64,000 nucleotides of DNA from Nitrospirota bacterium (GCA_049325335.1 JBMOMC010000001.1:532193-596192), one strand, 5' to 3'. Positions 35,711 to 45,972 are shown, counted from the stretch's first letter. Translations and numbers: made by a program. The notes: generated by a model from the letters alone, not told the origin.

Positions 35711-36936
35711 GTTCACGCAGGTTGTCGACGAAAGGGTTCGCAATGCGCGCAATGACGAGTAGCAAAGATTTGAGCGTCCACCACATCGGGCTCGGCGCCG
35801 GTCTCCTTGCCGGGGCATTGATGCTGGCGTTGTCCGGCTGCCACCAGGCTGCGGGCTCGCCGCCCGCTCCCCCGCCGCCGGACGTGGCGGTGGTCACGGT
35901 GCAGCCGCGGGACCTGCCCGCCGTGTTCGAATACGTGGGGCAGGTGGCGGGCGTGCGGGAAATCGAAGTGCGCGCGCGAGTCTCCGGCATCCTGGAGCGT
36001 TGGAACTATCAGGAAGGGGCCTCGGTGAAAGCCGGGGACAGCCTTTTCACGATTGATCCTCAGCCGTTTCAGGCCGAACTGGCGCGAGCCGAAGCGGTGC
36101 TCGCCAGCGCCGAAGCCACTCTTACGCAGGCCACGCGCAATGCGGCTCGTCTCGAGCCATTGTGGGAGGCAAAGGCGGTGAGCCGGAGGGAGTACGACGA
36201 CGCCGAGTCTGCGGAACAGGTCGCGGGCGCCAACGTGCAGGCCGCACAAGCCGCGGTCACGCAAGCGCGCCTGAACGTCTCCTATACCCGCGTGGAAGCG
36301 CCGATCTCCGGGATCACCAGCCGCGCGGTGGTGTCCGAAGGCAGCCTGGTGCAGGCGCAACAGACATTGTTGACCACGATCTCGCAGCTCGATCCGGTGC
36401 ATGTCATTTTCAGCTTCACCGAAGCCGAGCATCTTCGATTCCGGCGCGAACTCTCGGAAGCGCGGCTCACGTTGCCCAAGGACGGCCGGTTCGACGTGAA
36501 ACTCACGCTCGCGGACGGCAGCGAGTATCCGCAGGCCGGGAAGGTGGACTTCACCGACGTACGCGTGAACACGAGCACCGGCACCATCGAGGCCCGCGCG
36601 GTCGTGCCCAACCCGCAGCGCCTGCTGCGGCCGGGCCAGTTCGTGCGCGTGCATCTGTCCGGCGCGGTCCGCCCCAACGCGATCGCGATTCCGCAGCGGG
36701 CGGTGTTGGAAGGGCCCGGCGCGAAGATCGTGATGACCGTGAACAAGGAGGGGATCGTTGAACAGCGGCCGGTGCAGGTCAGCGACTGGTCCGGGACCGA
36801 ATGGATCATCACCAACGGCCTCAACCCCGGCGACACGGTGATCGTGGACGGCGTGGTCAAGGCGCGTCCCGGATCGCCGGTCACCGTCGCACAGGCGCCC
36901 ACGGCCCAGCACGCCCAACCGGAAGGAGCACCCTGA
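35707..36936 (+). CDS. RND efflux membrane fusion lipoprotein (AcrA/MexA-like)
   Basis: Lipobox LSGC; EVRARVSG, APISG, TGT..RA..PNP..LRPGQFV. Confidence 0.93.
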   Translation: MSSRRLSTKGFAMRAMTSSKDLSVHHIGLGAGLLAGALMLALSGCHQAAGSPPAPPPPDVAVVTVQPRDLPAVFEYVGQVAGVREIEVRARVSGILERWNYQEGASVKAGDSLFTIDPQPFQAELARAEAVLASAEATLTQATRNAARLEPLWEAKAVSRREYDDAESAEQVAGANVQAAQAAVTQARLNVSYTRVEAPISGITSRAVVSEGSLVQAQQTLLTTISQLDPVHVIFSFTEAEHLRFRRELSEARLTLPKDGRFDVKLTLADGSEYPQAGKVDFTDVRVNTSTGTIEARAVVPNPQRLLRPGQFVRVHLSGAVRPNAIAIPQRAVLEGPGAKIVMTVNKEGIVEQRPVQVSDWSGTEWIITNGLNPGDTVIVDGVVKARPGSPVTVAQAPTAQHAQPEGAP

Positions 36937-39900
36937 TGTTCGCCCGATTCTTCATCAACCGCCCGATCTTCGCAGGCGTGCTCTCGATCTTCCTGGTGCT
37001 TGCAGGCCTGGCTGCGGTGCGGATGCTCCCGATCGCGCAATACCCGGAGATCGCGCCGCCGGTGGTCACGGTCCGCGCCGTGTATCCGGGGGCCTCGGCC
37101 GAAACCCTGGAACAGACCGTGGCCGCGCCGCTGGAGAATCAGATCAACGGCGTGGAAAACATGCTCTATATGAGCTCCATCTCCAGTTCCAACGGCGCAG
37201 TGGAGATCAACATCACGTTCGAAATCGGTACCGACGTGGACCAGGCCACGGTCAACGTCAACAACCGTGTCCGCCAGGCGGAAGCGCGGCTGCCGCAGGA
37301 AGTGCGTCGGCAGGGCGTGACCGTGGAGAAGAACTCCAGCTCGTTCCTACAGGTGCTGGCGTTCTATTCGCCCGACGGCACGTTCGACGACGTCTTCACC
37401 AGCAACTACGTCACGCTCAACGTGCTCGACACCGTCAAGCGCATCCCGGGCACCACCAACGTCCAGATCTTCGGCGCCAAGGACTACGCCATGCGGATCT
37501 GGCTGCGGCCCGACCGCATGACGCAGCTGAAGCTCGCCACCTCCGACATCGTGCAGGCGCTGAACGAGCAGAACGCGCAGTTCGCCGCGGGCAAGATCGG
37601 TCAGACCCCGACCGCCGGGCAGCAGGAACTGGTGTACACCGTGACCACCAAGGGTCGGCTCTCCGAAGTATCTGAATTCGAGCACATCATCCTGCGCGCG
37701 AACCCCGACGGCTCCGCGCTGCGGCTCAAGGACGTGGCGCGGGTGGAACTGGCGTCGAAGGACTACGATTTCATCGGCCGGGTCAACGGCAAAGAAGCGA
37801 CGTTGATGGGCATTTTCCTCCAGCCGGGCGCGAACGCGCTGGCCGTGGCGGACGAGGTCGAAACGACCATGCACGGCCTGGCCGCGCGGTTCCCGCAAGG
37901 CCTGAAGTACTCCAACGTGTACGACACCACCCGGTTCGTGAAGGTGTCGATCCGCGAAGTGGTGAAGACCCTGGCCGAAGCCATGGCCCTGGTGTTCTTG
38001 GTGGTTTTTCTGTTCTTGCAAAACTGGCGCGCGACCTTGATTCCGTTCTCGGCCGTACCGGTATCGTTGATCGGCACGTTCGCCGGGCTCTTTCTGCTCG
38101 ATTACTCCATCAACATGCTCACCCTGTTCGGCATGGTGCTGGCGATCGGCATCGTGGTGGACGACGCGATCGTGGTGCTGGAAAACGTCGAGCGCATCAT
38201 GCGCGAGCAGCGCAAGTCCGCGCGCGACGCCGCGATCCAGGCCATGCAGGAAGTCACCAGCCCGGTGATCGCGATCGTCCTAACCCTCTGCGCGGTGTTC
38301 GTGCCGATCGCGTTCCTGGGCGGTCTGGCCGGCGAGTTGTACCGCCAGTTTGCGGTCACCATTACCATCGCGGTGGTGCTCTCCGGCATCGTGGCACTGA
38401 CGTTGACGCCGGCCTTGTGCATGATGATCCTCAAGCACGGCCACCGGCAGCCCGGACGGTTCTTCACCCGGTTCAACGCGTGGTTCGCGCGCCTGACCGG
38501 CCGGTACACCGCGGGCGTGGCGTGGATGATCCGGCGCAGCGCCATCGGCGTGGCCCTGTTCATCGGCATGGTCGTGATCACCGCCGGGCTCTGGCGCGCC
38601 ACGCCAGGCAGCCTGGTGCCGGACGAGGACCAGGGGTATTACATCGGCGCGGTGTTTCTGCCCGACGGGGCCTCGTTGCAGCGCACCGACAAGGTGGTCG
38701 GCGAAGTGGTGGAGGCGATTCTCTCCAACCCGGCCAACGAATACGCGATCGCGTTCACCGGACTGGATTTTCTGGGCGGCGGGTTCCGCAACAGCGCTGC
38801 CACCATCTTCGTGACCCAGAAGCACTGGGACGATCGCGACGTCTACACCCCGCAACTGGTGGGCGAGTTCTTCATGAAGACCGCACACATCAAAGAGGCG
38901 CTGGTGCTGGCCTTCGGCCCGCCCCCGATCTTCGGGCTCGGCAACTCCGGCGGGTTCGAGTTCTACATACAGAACCGCGGCGAAGGCGGACCGCAGCGCT
39001 TGGCCCAGGTGATGGGCGAGTTCCTGGCCGCGGTCAACCAGGAGCCCACGCTCGCAGGCGCGCAAACTCTGTGGCGCTCCAACGTGCCGCAGCTCCGCGT
39101 GGACGTGGACCGCGAAAAAGCCAAGGCCCTGGGCGTGCCGATCAACGAGCTGTTCGACACGTTGTCCGCAACCCTGGGTTCGTACTACGTGAACGACTTC
39201 AACAAATTCGGCCGGACCTGGCAGGTGTTGATGTCCGCGGAGCCGTCCCACCGGAACAACCCCGACTCGGTCGGCGAACTCTATGTGCGCTCCGAGCAGG
39301 GCGGGATGGTGCCGGTCAAGGCGCTGGCCTTGGTCAACTATACCGCTGGACCAGAGACACTGGACCGGTTCAACAACCTGCCCGCGGTCAAGATTCTGGG
39401 GCAAGCCGCGCCCGGCGTTTCTTCGGGCCAGGCGATCCAAACCGTCGAACGGGTCGCGGAGAAGGTCCTGCCCGCGGAGTTCAGTTATGACTGGGGCGGA
39501 GCCTCGTTCCAGGAAAAGCAAGCCCGCGGCACCTCGGGCTTTGCGCTCGGGCTGGCGGTGGTCATGGTGTTTCTGATCCTGGCTGCGCAATACGGGAAAT
39601 GGTCGCTGCCGATCTCGGTATTGTTGGCCCTGCCGTTCGGCACATTCGGCGCCCTGGCCGCAGTGTGGCTGCGAGGCCTGACCAACGACGTGTACTTCCA
39701 AATCGGCCTGGTCACGCTGCTGGGCCTGGCCGCGAAAAACGCGATCCTGATCGTGGAATACGCGGTGTTGAAGCACCGCGAAGGGCTGTCCGCGTCGGAT
39801 GCCGCGCTGGAAGCCGCTCGGTTGCGGTTCCGGCCGATCCTGATGACCTCGCTCGCCTTCATTCTGGGCGTGGCGCCGCTCGCGTTCTCCACCGGCGCGG

Positions 39901-40124
39901 GAGCGGGCGCGCGGATCTCGGTCGGCACCGGCGTGATGGGGGGCATGCTAGCCGCCACGTTCCTGGCCATCTTCTTCGTGCCCATGTTCTTCAAACTCAT
40001 CGCGGGCCGGCGTTCCGACGGGACGCGCCCGACCGAGGACGCCGCCGTCGATGTGGAATACCACCACGCGGGAGTCGGGGGCAACGGGGCCGCAGCGCTT
40101 ACGCCGCAAGGAGGACGGTCATGA
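36936..40124 (+). CDS. RND efflux permease (HAE1, AcrB/MexB-like)
   Basis: FFINRPIFA, AIGIVVDDAIVVLENVER, GLAAKNAILIVE, RFRPILMTS. Confidence 0.96.
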   Translation: MFARFFINRPIFAGVLSIFLVLAGLAAVRMLPIAQYPEIAPPVVTVRAVYPGASAETLEQTVAAPLENQINGVENMLYMSSISSSNGAVEINITFEIGTDVDQATVNVNNRVRQAEARLPQEVRRQGVTVEKNSSSFLQVLAFYSPDGTFDDVFTSNYVTLNVLDTVKRIPGTTNVQIFGAKDYAMRIWLRPDRMTQLKLATSDIVQALNEQNAQFAAGKIGQTPTAGQQELVYTVTTKGRLSEVSEFEHIILRANPDGSALRLKDVARVELASKDYDFIGRVNGKEATLMGIFLQPGANALAVADEVETTMHGLAARFPQGLKYSNVYDTTRFVKVSIREVVKTLAEAMALVFLVVFLFLQNWRATLIPFSAVPVSLIGTFAGLFLLDYSINMLTLFGMVLAIGIVVDDAIVVLENVERIMREQRKSARDAAIQAMQEVTSPVIAIVLTLCAVFVPIAFLGGLAGELYRQFAVTITIAVVLSGIVALTLTPALCMMILKHGHRQPGRFFTRFNAWFARLTGRYTAGVAWMIRRSAIGVALFIGMVVITAGLWRATPGSLVPDEDQGYYIGAVFLPDGASLQRTDKVVGEVVEAILSNPANEYAIAFTGLDFLGGGFRNSAATIFVTQKHWDDRDVYTPQLVGEFFMKTAHIKEALVLAFGPPPIFGLGNSGGFEFYIQNRGEGGPQRLAQVMGEFLAAVNQEPTLAGAQTLWRSNVPQLRVDVDREKAKALGVPINELFDTLSATLGSYYVNDFNKFGRTWQVLMSAEPSHRNNPDSVGELYVRSEQGGMVPVKALALVNYTAGPETLDRFNNLPAVKILGQAAPGVSSGQAIQTVERVAEKVLPAEFSYDWGGASFQEKQARGTSGFALGLAVVMVFLILAAQYGKWSLPISVLLALPFGTFGALAAVWLRGLTNDVYFQIGLVTLLGLAAKNAILIVEYAVLKHREGLSASDAALEAARLRFRPILMTSLAFILGVAPLAFSTGAGAGARISVGTGVMGGMLAATFLAIFFVPMFFKLIAGRRSDGTRPTEDAAVDVEYHHAGVGGNGAAALTPQGGRS

Positions 40125-41569
40125 CGGGACATCGGATAGCCGGCGCGGCGCTGATCGCCGCCTCGATCGCGGGCTGCACGCTGGGCCCGGATTACCGCCG
40201 GCAGGCCATCGACACGCCGGATGCCTGGCCGACGCCCGCCACGGCCGCAACGGTCCCGAACGAGTGGTGGCGGGGCTACCAGGATCCGGCGCTCGACGCC
40301 ATGGTCCAAGAGGCGCTCGCGCACAACGCGGATTTGCGATTGGCGATCGCGCGGGTGGACGAAGCGCGCGCGAGCCTGGGCGTGGCGCGCGCGGATCAGT
40401 GGCCCGGCGTGTCCGCCAACGCGGCAGCGGCGCGCACCAGGACGAGTGAGGATCTGCCGCTGGCGTTGCCAGCCGGCGTGGATCCGATCAACAACAACAT
40501 GCGCGCCACCCTGGACGCGTCCTACGAAATCGATCTATGGGGCAAGTACCGGCGCGCCACCGAAGCCGCCAAGGCCGACCTGCTCGCCACGGAGTTCAGT
40601 CGCGACGCGGTGCGCCTGGCGCTGATCGCCGAGGTGTCGCGCGGGTACTTCAACCTTCGCGCGCTCGATGCGCAGGTGGCAATCACGCGGCGTACGGTCT
40701 CGACCCGGCTCGATTCGCTGGCGCTGCAACGCAAGCGGTTCGAGGCCGGCGTGGCGTCCGAGCTCGACCTGCGGCAGGTGGAAGCCGACGCCGCCGCGGC
40801 GCAGGCCCTGCTGCCGGTCCTCGAAACCCAGCTCGCGCGGCAGGAGACCGCGCTTGCGGTGCTACTGGGCCGCAGCCCGCGGGCGATCGTGGGCGCCACG
40901 CCCGAGCGCGGCGTGGCGATCGAGGCGCTCACCGTGCCGCCCGCGGTGCCGGCCGGGTTGCCGTCGGATTTGCTGGAACACCGGCCGGATCTGCGGCAGG
41001 CAGAGCAGCAGTTGGTTGCGGCCAACGCGCGCATCGGCCAGGCCAAGGCCGCGTATTTCCCGACGATCTCGCTGACCGGATTAGTGGGCGGGGAAAGCAC
41101 GTCGCTCGCCGACCTGTTCGGCGCGCCGGCCCGGATCTGGCAGGTTTCGGGCTCGGCGGCCCAGGCCGTGTTCGACACGGGCCGCACCGGGTCGCGGGTC
41201 AAGGCCGCGAAGGCGCGCGAGCAACAGACGCTCGCGCAATACCGGTCTGCGATCCAGAACGCGTTCAAGGACACGCTCGACGCTCTGGTGGCGCAGCGCA
41301 AGGCGCGCGAGACCCTGGACGCCGAGCAGGCGCGGGTCGCCGCGCTCCAGAGCGCGCTTGACCTGGCGCGCCTTCGTTATCAGAACGGCGTGTCCAGCCA
41401 GCTCGACGTGTTGGACGCTGAGCGCGGGCTGTTGGCGGCGGAGCTGAGTCGGGTCGAGGCCCAACGCGTGCAGCTCGCCGCCACCGCGGATCTGTACAAG
41501 GCCCTGGGCGGCGGGTGGGAGAGCGGCGCCCAACTCGAGCAGCAGACCGCTTCCCTGAACTCCCGGTAA
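40121..41569 (+). CDS. Outer membrane factor (OprM/NodT-like)
   Basis: AGCTLGPDY, YEIDLWG, RPDLRQAE, LYKALGGGW. Confidence 0.95.
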   Translation: MTGHRIAGAALIAASIAGCTLGPDYRRQAIDTPDAWPTPATAATVPNEWWRGYQDPALDAMVQEALAHNADLRLAIARVDEARASLGVARADQWPGVSANAAAARTRTSEDLPLALPAGVDPINNNMRATLDASYEIDLWGKYRRATEAAKADLLATEFSRDAVRLALIAEVSRGYFNLRALDAQVAITRRTVSTRLDSLALQRKRFEAGVASELDLRQVEADAAAAQALLPVLETQLARQETALAVLLGRSPRAIVGATPERGVAIEALTVPPAVPAGLPSDLLEHRPDLRQAEQQLVAANARIGQAKAAYFPTISLTGLVGGESTSLADLFGAPARIWQVSGSAAQAVFDTGRTGSRVKAAKAREQQTLAQYRSAIQNAFKDTLDALVAQRKARETLDAEQARVAALQSALDLARLRYQNGVSSQLDVLDAERGLLAAELSRVEAQRVQLAATADLYKALGGGWESGAQLEQQTASLNSR

Positions 41570-41590
41570 CTCGCTGAAAAACCGTGAATC

Positions 41591-41644
41591 GCCGCTTCGC
41601 CGGACCAGGGGAAGGCTCCTTGATCCGGCGACGGCATTTTTTTT
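41591..41644 (+). terminator. Intrinsic terminator of the RND operon
   Basis: gccg..tcgccgga..tccggcgacggc stem followed by T8. Confidence 0.7.
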
Positions 41645-41653
41645 ATCGTTGAG

Positions 41654-41680
41654 TGTCGAAATCCCCCTCCCTGGAACGAC
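41654..41680 (+). promoter_or_regulatory. ECF42-like promoter
   Basis: TGTCGA-aatccccctccctggaa-CGAC. Confidence 0.7.
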
Positions 41681-41747
41681 TATGGGCAGAGACGCGGTTC
41701 AGCAGGGCTCCGACGCCGTCTCCAACCATGTTGAAAAGGAGATCGAA

Positions 41748-42161
41748 ATGAAGTTTCTATGCGTGATTTGTGGCGAGAAGGTGGTTGTTCGAAATGCCAG
41801 CCTCTGATTTCAGTCGGGCGAAAAAATTCTGCGAAGCGTGTTCGACTGGAACGTCTACCTCTGGGGCGACCAGGGCGCCATGGCGCTCACCACCGCCTCT
41901 TACAAGGCGTACAACCCGGTCGAGCCCGGAGGTATCAACGGCGGGTTCTACAAGCGCACGACCGAGCACGAGTACGCGTCGTTCGGCGTACAGACCGCGT
42001 CCATCGACCGCACGCTCAACGCGATCGAAAAAGCCGGGGGCAAAGTCGTGACGCCCAAACACGCGATCGGCGAGTGGGGCTTCATGGCGGACTTTGCGGA
42101 TCCCGAGGGCAACGTCTTGGCGCTCTGGGAAAGCCCAAAAAAATACGCCGGGATCGCGTAA
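41748..42161 (+). pseudogene. YciI-like N-terminal stub fused to a frameshifted VOC/glyoxalase gene
   Basis: MKFLCVICGEK after an RBS; FEMPASDFSRAKKF and VFDW..GGINGG..GGKVV..DPEGNVLALWE lie in different frames. Confidence 0.7.
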
Positions 42162-42183
42162 CGGTCATCGCGAGGAGACGAAT

Positions 42184-42669
42184 ATGCGTACGATCACCCC
42201 ATGTTTGTGGTTCGACGATCAAGCCGAAGCCGCGGCGAATTTCTACGTGTCGATTTTCAAGAACTCCAAGATCGGACACATTGTCCGATACGGCGACGAG
42301 GGGGCGAAGGCCTCGGGAAGACCAACGGGGACAGTCATGACCGTGACCTTCGAGCTCAACGGGCAGGAATTCATGGCGCTCAACGGCGGCCCGGTCTTTC
42401 AGTTCTCGCAAGCGATCTCGTTCATGGTGCCCTGCAAGACGCAGAAGGAGGTGGACGAGCTGTGGGACAGGTTGTCCCGCGGCGGGGAGCGGCAACAGTG
42501 CGGCTGGTTGAAGGACCACTACGGGGTCGCGTGGCAGATCGTCCCCACCGTGTTGGACAAGATGATGCGTGACAAGGACGCCAGAAAGTCGGAACGCGTG
42601 ATGAAAGCGTTGCTCACGATGGACAAACCGGATATCAACGCGTTGAAAGCGGCGTACGCGCAGCGATAA
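42184..42669 (+). CDS. VOC / PhnB-like (3-dmu-9 3-methyltransferase family) protein
   Basis: ITPCLWFDDQAEAAANFY, ALNGGP, CGWLKDHYGVAWQIVP. Confidence 0.92.
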   Translation: MRTITPCLWFDDQAEAAANFYVSIFKNSKIGHIVRYGDEGAKASGRPTGTVMTVTFELNGQEFMALNGGPVFQFSQAISFMVPCKTQKEVDELWDRLSRGGERQQCGWLKDHYGVAWQIVPTVLDKMMRDKDARKSERVMKALLTMDKPDINALKAAYAQR

Positions 42670-42805
42670 TCGAACCCGGTCAGGCCGGTGATCGAAATCC
42701 CGGGGTTGCCGCCCGAGTAGTTTCCGCGACGGTCGAGAGGTTGATGGTTGCCCACCGCGGTCGACGAGCTGATAGAGACAGAACCCTAACCAACGGAGGT
42801 GTTCC

Positions 42806-43236
42806 CTGCGATTCATGGTGATTGTCAAAGCGAGCAACGATTCGGAAGCAGGTGTGATGCCGAGCGAGAAGCTTCTCACCGAAATGGGTAAGTTCAACGA
42901 GGAACTGGCGAAGGCCGGGGTCCTGCTCGCGGGCGAGGGACTGCAGCCGAGCTCAAAAGGCTCGCGCGTCAGATTTTCGGGCACGAAGCGCACCGTGATC
43001 GACGGGCCGTTCCCCGAGACCAAGGAGTTGGTCGCGGGCTTTTTTGGCTGTGGAAGGTCCAGTCCAAGCAAGAGGCGATCGACTGGCTCAAGCGCTGTCC
43101 CAATCCCCACAACGAAGACAGTGCGGTCGAGATCCGCCAGGTGTTCGAGGCGGAGGATTTCGGTGAAGAGTGCACGCCCGAGCTCAGAGCGCAAGAGGAG
43201 CGTGTGCGTGAGATGGCCGAAAACAAGAGGAAGTAG
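42806..43236 (+). pseudogene. YciI/DGPF protein with a CTG at the start position and a T6 frameshift
   Basis: GGAGG-6 nt-CTG CGA TTC ATG; DGPFPETKELVAGF, then WLWKVQS..EIRQVFEAEDFG in another frame. Confidence 0.8.
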
Positions 43237-43439
43237 CCGTGACACGCGCGGACGGGCTCGGGAACAGGCCGCGGGGGTCACCACCAGGGGATGAAGCCAT
43301 GCGGAAGATAACCGCCATGGTCATCAACGCTTCGAAGCTGTGGGTGCTCCTGCCGTTGCGAAAGGAGCCTGCACAGCGGTAAAAATAGCCGGGCTTTGAT
43401 GGACGACAAGTTTCACGTGGTCACGTAGAGGGAGCGATT

Positions 43440-44642
43440 ATGGCGCGCACGATCAAGAAGTCCGCAACCAAACCGACTCGAAAGGCCGCCCCGCCCACAC
43501 GTCCGGCCCGCCGCCCGTCGCGTCGGTCGCTGCTGCTCGTCGCCACGCGCAAAGGCGCGTGGCTGTTCCACGGCGATGCAACGCGCAAGACGTGGCGGAG
43601 CGATGGCCCGCATTTTCTCGGCCATATCATCAACCACCTGGTGCTCGATCCGCGGGACGGCCGCACACTCCTGGCCGCAGCCAAAACCGGTCACCTCGGC
43701 CCGACCGTCTTTCGCTCCACGGATTTCGGCCGCACCTGGAAGGAAGCCGCCAAGCCGCCCGCGTTCGCCAAGGCTCCTGAGGGCGAGAACGGCCGCGCGG
43801 TGGATCACACGTTCTGGCTTACGCCATGCCACGCGAACGAGCCCAACGCGTGGTACGCGGGCACGTCGCCACAGGGATTGTTTCGCTCCGAGGACGGAGG
43901 CGTCACGTGGGAGCCGTTCTCCTACATCAACGACGACCCTCAGTACCGCGTGTGGATGGGCAGCGTGCAGGACGGCACGCCGGACGGCCCGAAGATGCAC
44001 TCCATCATCGTGGACCCGCGAGATCCGGCCCACCTGTACTTCGCCATGTCAGGCGGGGGGGTGCACGAATCAGTCGACCGCGGCCGAACCTTCGTGTCCC
44101 TTGTCAAAGGCATGGAGGTGGTCGCGGGCTTTGACGCGAGCAACATCGCGTTCCACGACCCCCATTGCATCCGGCTCTGTCCGACCAACCCAGACCGGTT
44201 GTACCAACAGAATCACTGCGGCATTTATCGGCTCGATCGCCCATCCACCGAATGGGTGCGTATCGGCAAGACCATGCCCAAGACGGTCGGCGACGTCGGA
44301 TTCCCGATGGTAGTGCACCCGCGCGACGCAAACACCGTCTGGGTGTTCCCCATGGACGGCCAAACCGTGTGGCCACGCACCAGTCCGGACGGAAAGCCCG
44401 CGGCCTTTGTCACGCGCAACGCCGGCAAGACCTGGCAACGTCTCGACGCGGGTTTTCCCCGAAGCCAGGCCTGGTGGACCGTGAAGCGCCAAGCCATGAC
44501 CGCGGACGCGCAGGATCCGGTGGGCCTGTACGTCGGGACCACCAGCGGCGAGGTGTGGGCGAGCCGCGACGAAGGCAAACGCTGGGCGCGCATCGCGGGA
44601 AATCTCCCGCAAATCTACGCGGTGGAAGCCGCGCAGGTGTGA
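43440..44642 (+). CDS. BNR/Asp-box beta-propeller protein
   Basis: Repeats STDFGRTW, SEDGGVTW, SVDRGRTF, TRNAGKTW, SRDEGKRW; QQNHCG. Confidence 0.88.
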   Translation: MARTIKKSATKPTRKAAPPTRPARRPSRRSLLLVATRKGAWLFHGDATRKTWRSDGPHFLGHIINHLVLDPRDGRTLLAAAKTGHLGPTVFRSTDFGRTWKEAAKPPAFAKAPEGENGRAVDHTFWLTPCHANEPNAWYAGTSPQGLFRSEDGGVTWEPFSYINDDPQYRVWMGSVQDGTPDGPKMHSIIVDPRDPAHLYFAMSGGGVHESVDRGRTFVSLVKGMEVVAGFDASNIAFHDPHCIRLCPTNPDRLYQQNHCGIYRLDRPSTEWVRIGKTMPKTVGDVGFPMVVHPRDANTVWVFPMDGQTVWPRTSPDGKPAAFVTRNAGKTWQRLDAGFPRSQAWWTVKRQAMTADAQDPVGLYVGTTSGEVWASRDEGKRWARIAGNLPQIYAVEAAQV

Positions 44643-44672
44643 TGACGCGGCCCTGATTTCTCCGTCGGCTCA

Positions 44673-44930
44673 ATGACGGTACTGATTCCCAGTCCGCTGC
44701 TCTCCTACACCAGCGCCCGCGAGGTCGAGGCCGCCGGCGCGACGATCGCGGACCTGCTCGTTGACCTGGATCGTCGATACCCCGGCTTGCGATTTCGCGT
44801 GATCGACGAGCAGGACCGGGTGCGGGCGCACATGCGGTTCTTCGTAAACGGCGAGCAAGTGTTCGATCTGACACACGCGCTGCGCCCGACCGACGGGGTG
44901 CAGATCGTCCAGGCGTTGAGCGGCGGGTGA
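44673..44930 (+). CDS. MoaD/ThiS ubiquitin-like protein
   Basis: Beta-grasp pattern ending ALSGG. Confidence 0.9.
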   Translation: MTVLIPSPLLSYTSAREVEAAGATIADLLVDLDRRYPGLRFRVIDEQDRVRAHMRFFVNGEQVFDLTHALRPTDGVQIVQALSGG

Positions 44931-45000
44931 GGGAGGGCGATGCGCGCCTTTACATCGCGGATCCATCCGTGCTACACCGCATCCAGCACTTGGGCCGGGC

Positions 45001-45717
45001 ATGAAACCGATTACGGTTGTCTCCGCCACACGACGAACTCCCGCCGAGTTCGAAGCCGACGCGCCGTTGTGCGCCTCCCTGCGTAAACTCACCATCGCTG
45101 GGGCGACGATCGCACCCAAGATCGTCTATCAGAACTCGCTCGGGCTCGGCACCGTCTACAATCGCTATCTCACTACGGAATACCACGATCACATCCTCGT
45201 TTTTGTCCACGATGACGTCCGGATCGAGGACCTGTTTTTCGCGGACAAACTGAACGACGCGGTGCGATATTTCGACGTGGTCGGACTGGCCGGCAACCAA
45301 AAACCCGATCTCGGGTACCCCTCCTGGTTCGATCAACGCCGGCCGTTGTCCGGGTTCGTCGCGCACCCACACCAGGCCCCGTCTCCCGAAGCGCCGACGG
45401 GCACGGTGGCGATCAGCGCCTACGGGCCGAGCCCCGCCCCCTGCCTGTTGCTCGACGGGCTCTTTCTCGCCGTGAATGCCGATTCCGTGTTGTCACGCGG
45501 CGTCCGGTTCGACGAGCAGTTCGCGTTTCACTTCTACGATCTGGATTTTTGTCGACTCAGCGCCGCCCAAGGCCTCCGACTCGGGACGTGGCCCCTGTGG
45601 GTCATTCACCAGAGCGGCGGGGCGTTTAACACCCCGGCGTGGAAACAAGCCGCGCGGGCCTACCAGAAAAAATGGGCCGGCGAGCTGGCGCCCGCTGACG
45701 CCGGCTCGCCGCGCTGA
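45001..45717 (+). CDS. Glycosyltransferase-like (GT2-related) protein
   Basis: FVHDDV, LLDGLFLA, FDEQFAFHFYDLDFC. Confidence 0.75.
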   Translation: MKPITVVSATRRTPAEFEADAPLCASLRKLTIAGATIAPKIVYQNSLGLGTVYNRYLTTEYHDHILVFVHDDVRIEDLFFADKLNDAVRYFDVVGLAGNQKPDLGYPSWFDQRRPLSGFVAHPHQAPSPEAPTGTVAISAYGPSPAPCLLLDGLFLAVNADSVLSRGVRFDEQFAFHFYDLDFCRLSAAQGLRLGTWPLWVIHQSGGAFNTPAWKQAARAYQKKWAGELAPADAGSPR

Positions 45718-45768
45718 TCCGGCCCGGACGCGGTTGAATCGATCGCACGGTTTCCGTATGATGCGGGC

Positions 45769-45963
45769 ATGACCGTGCTGCTGCACCACCCCACGCGCCG
45801 GACCGTCCTCAAAGGACCCAAGAAGGTCGAACACGTCCTGCGGGACCTCGACATCCTTCCCGACACGGTGCTCGTGATCCGCGGCGATGAACTGATCCCA
45901 GACGACGAGATCGTGGCCGACGGCGAGACCATCGAAATCCGTCCGGTCATTTCCGGGGGCTGA
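45769..45963 (+). CDS. ttuB: Sulfur carrier TtuB/ThiS
   Basis: 64 aa ending VISGG, directly upstream of ttuA. Confidence 0.85.
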   Translation: MTVLLHHPTRRTVLKGPKKVEHVLRDLDILPDTVLVIRGDELIPDDEIVADGETIEIRPVISGG

Positions 45964-45972
45964 GATCGGCCC

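Noticed and set aside
43409..43424. Second parS-like site (GTTTCACGTGGTCAC); half sites near 35354 and 51623
   Set aside because: Too many mismatches in the right half
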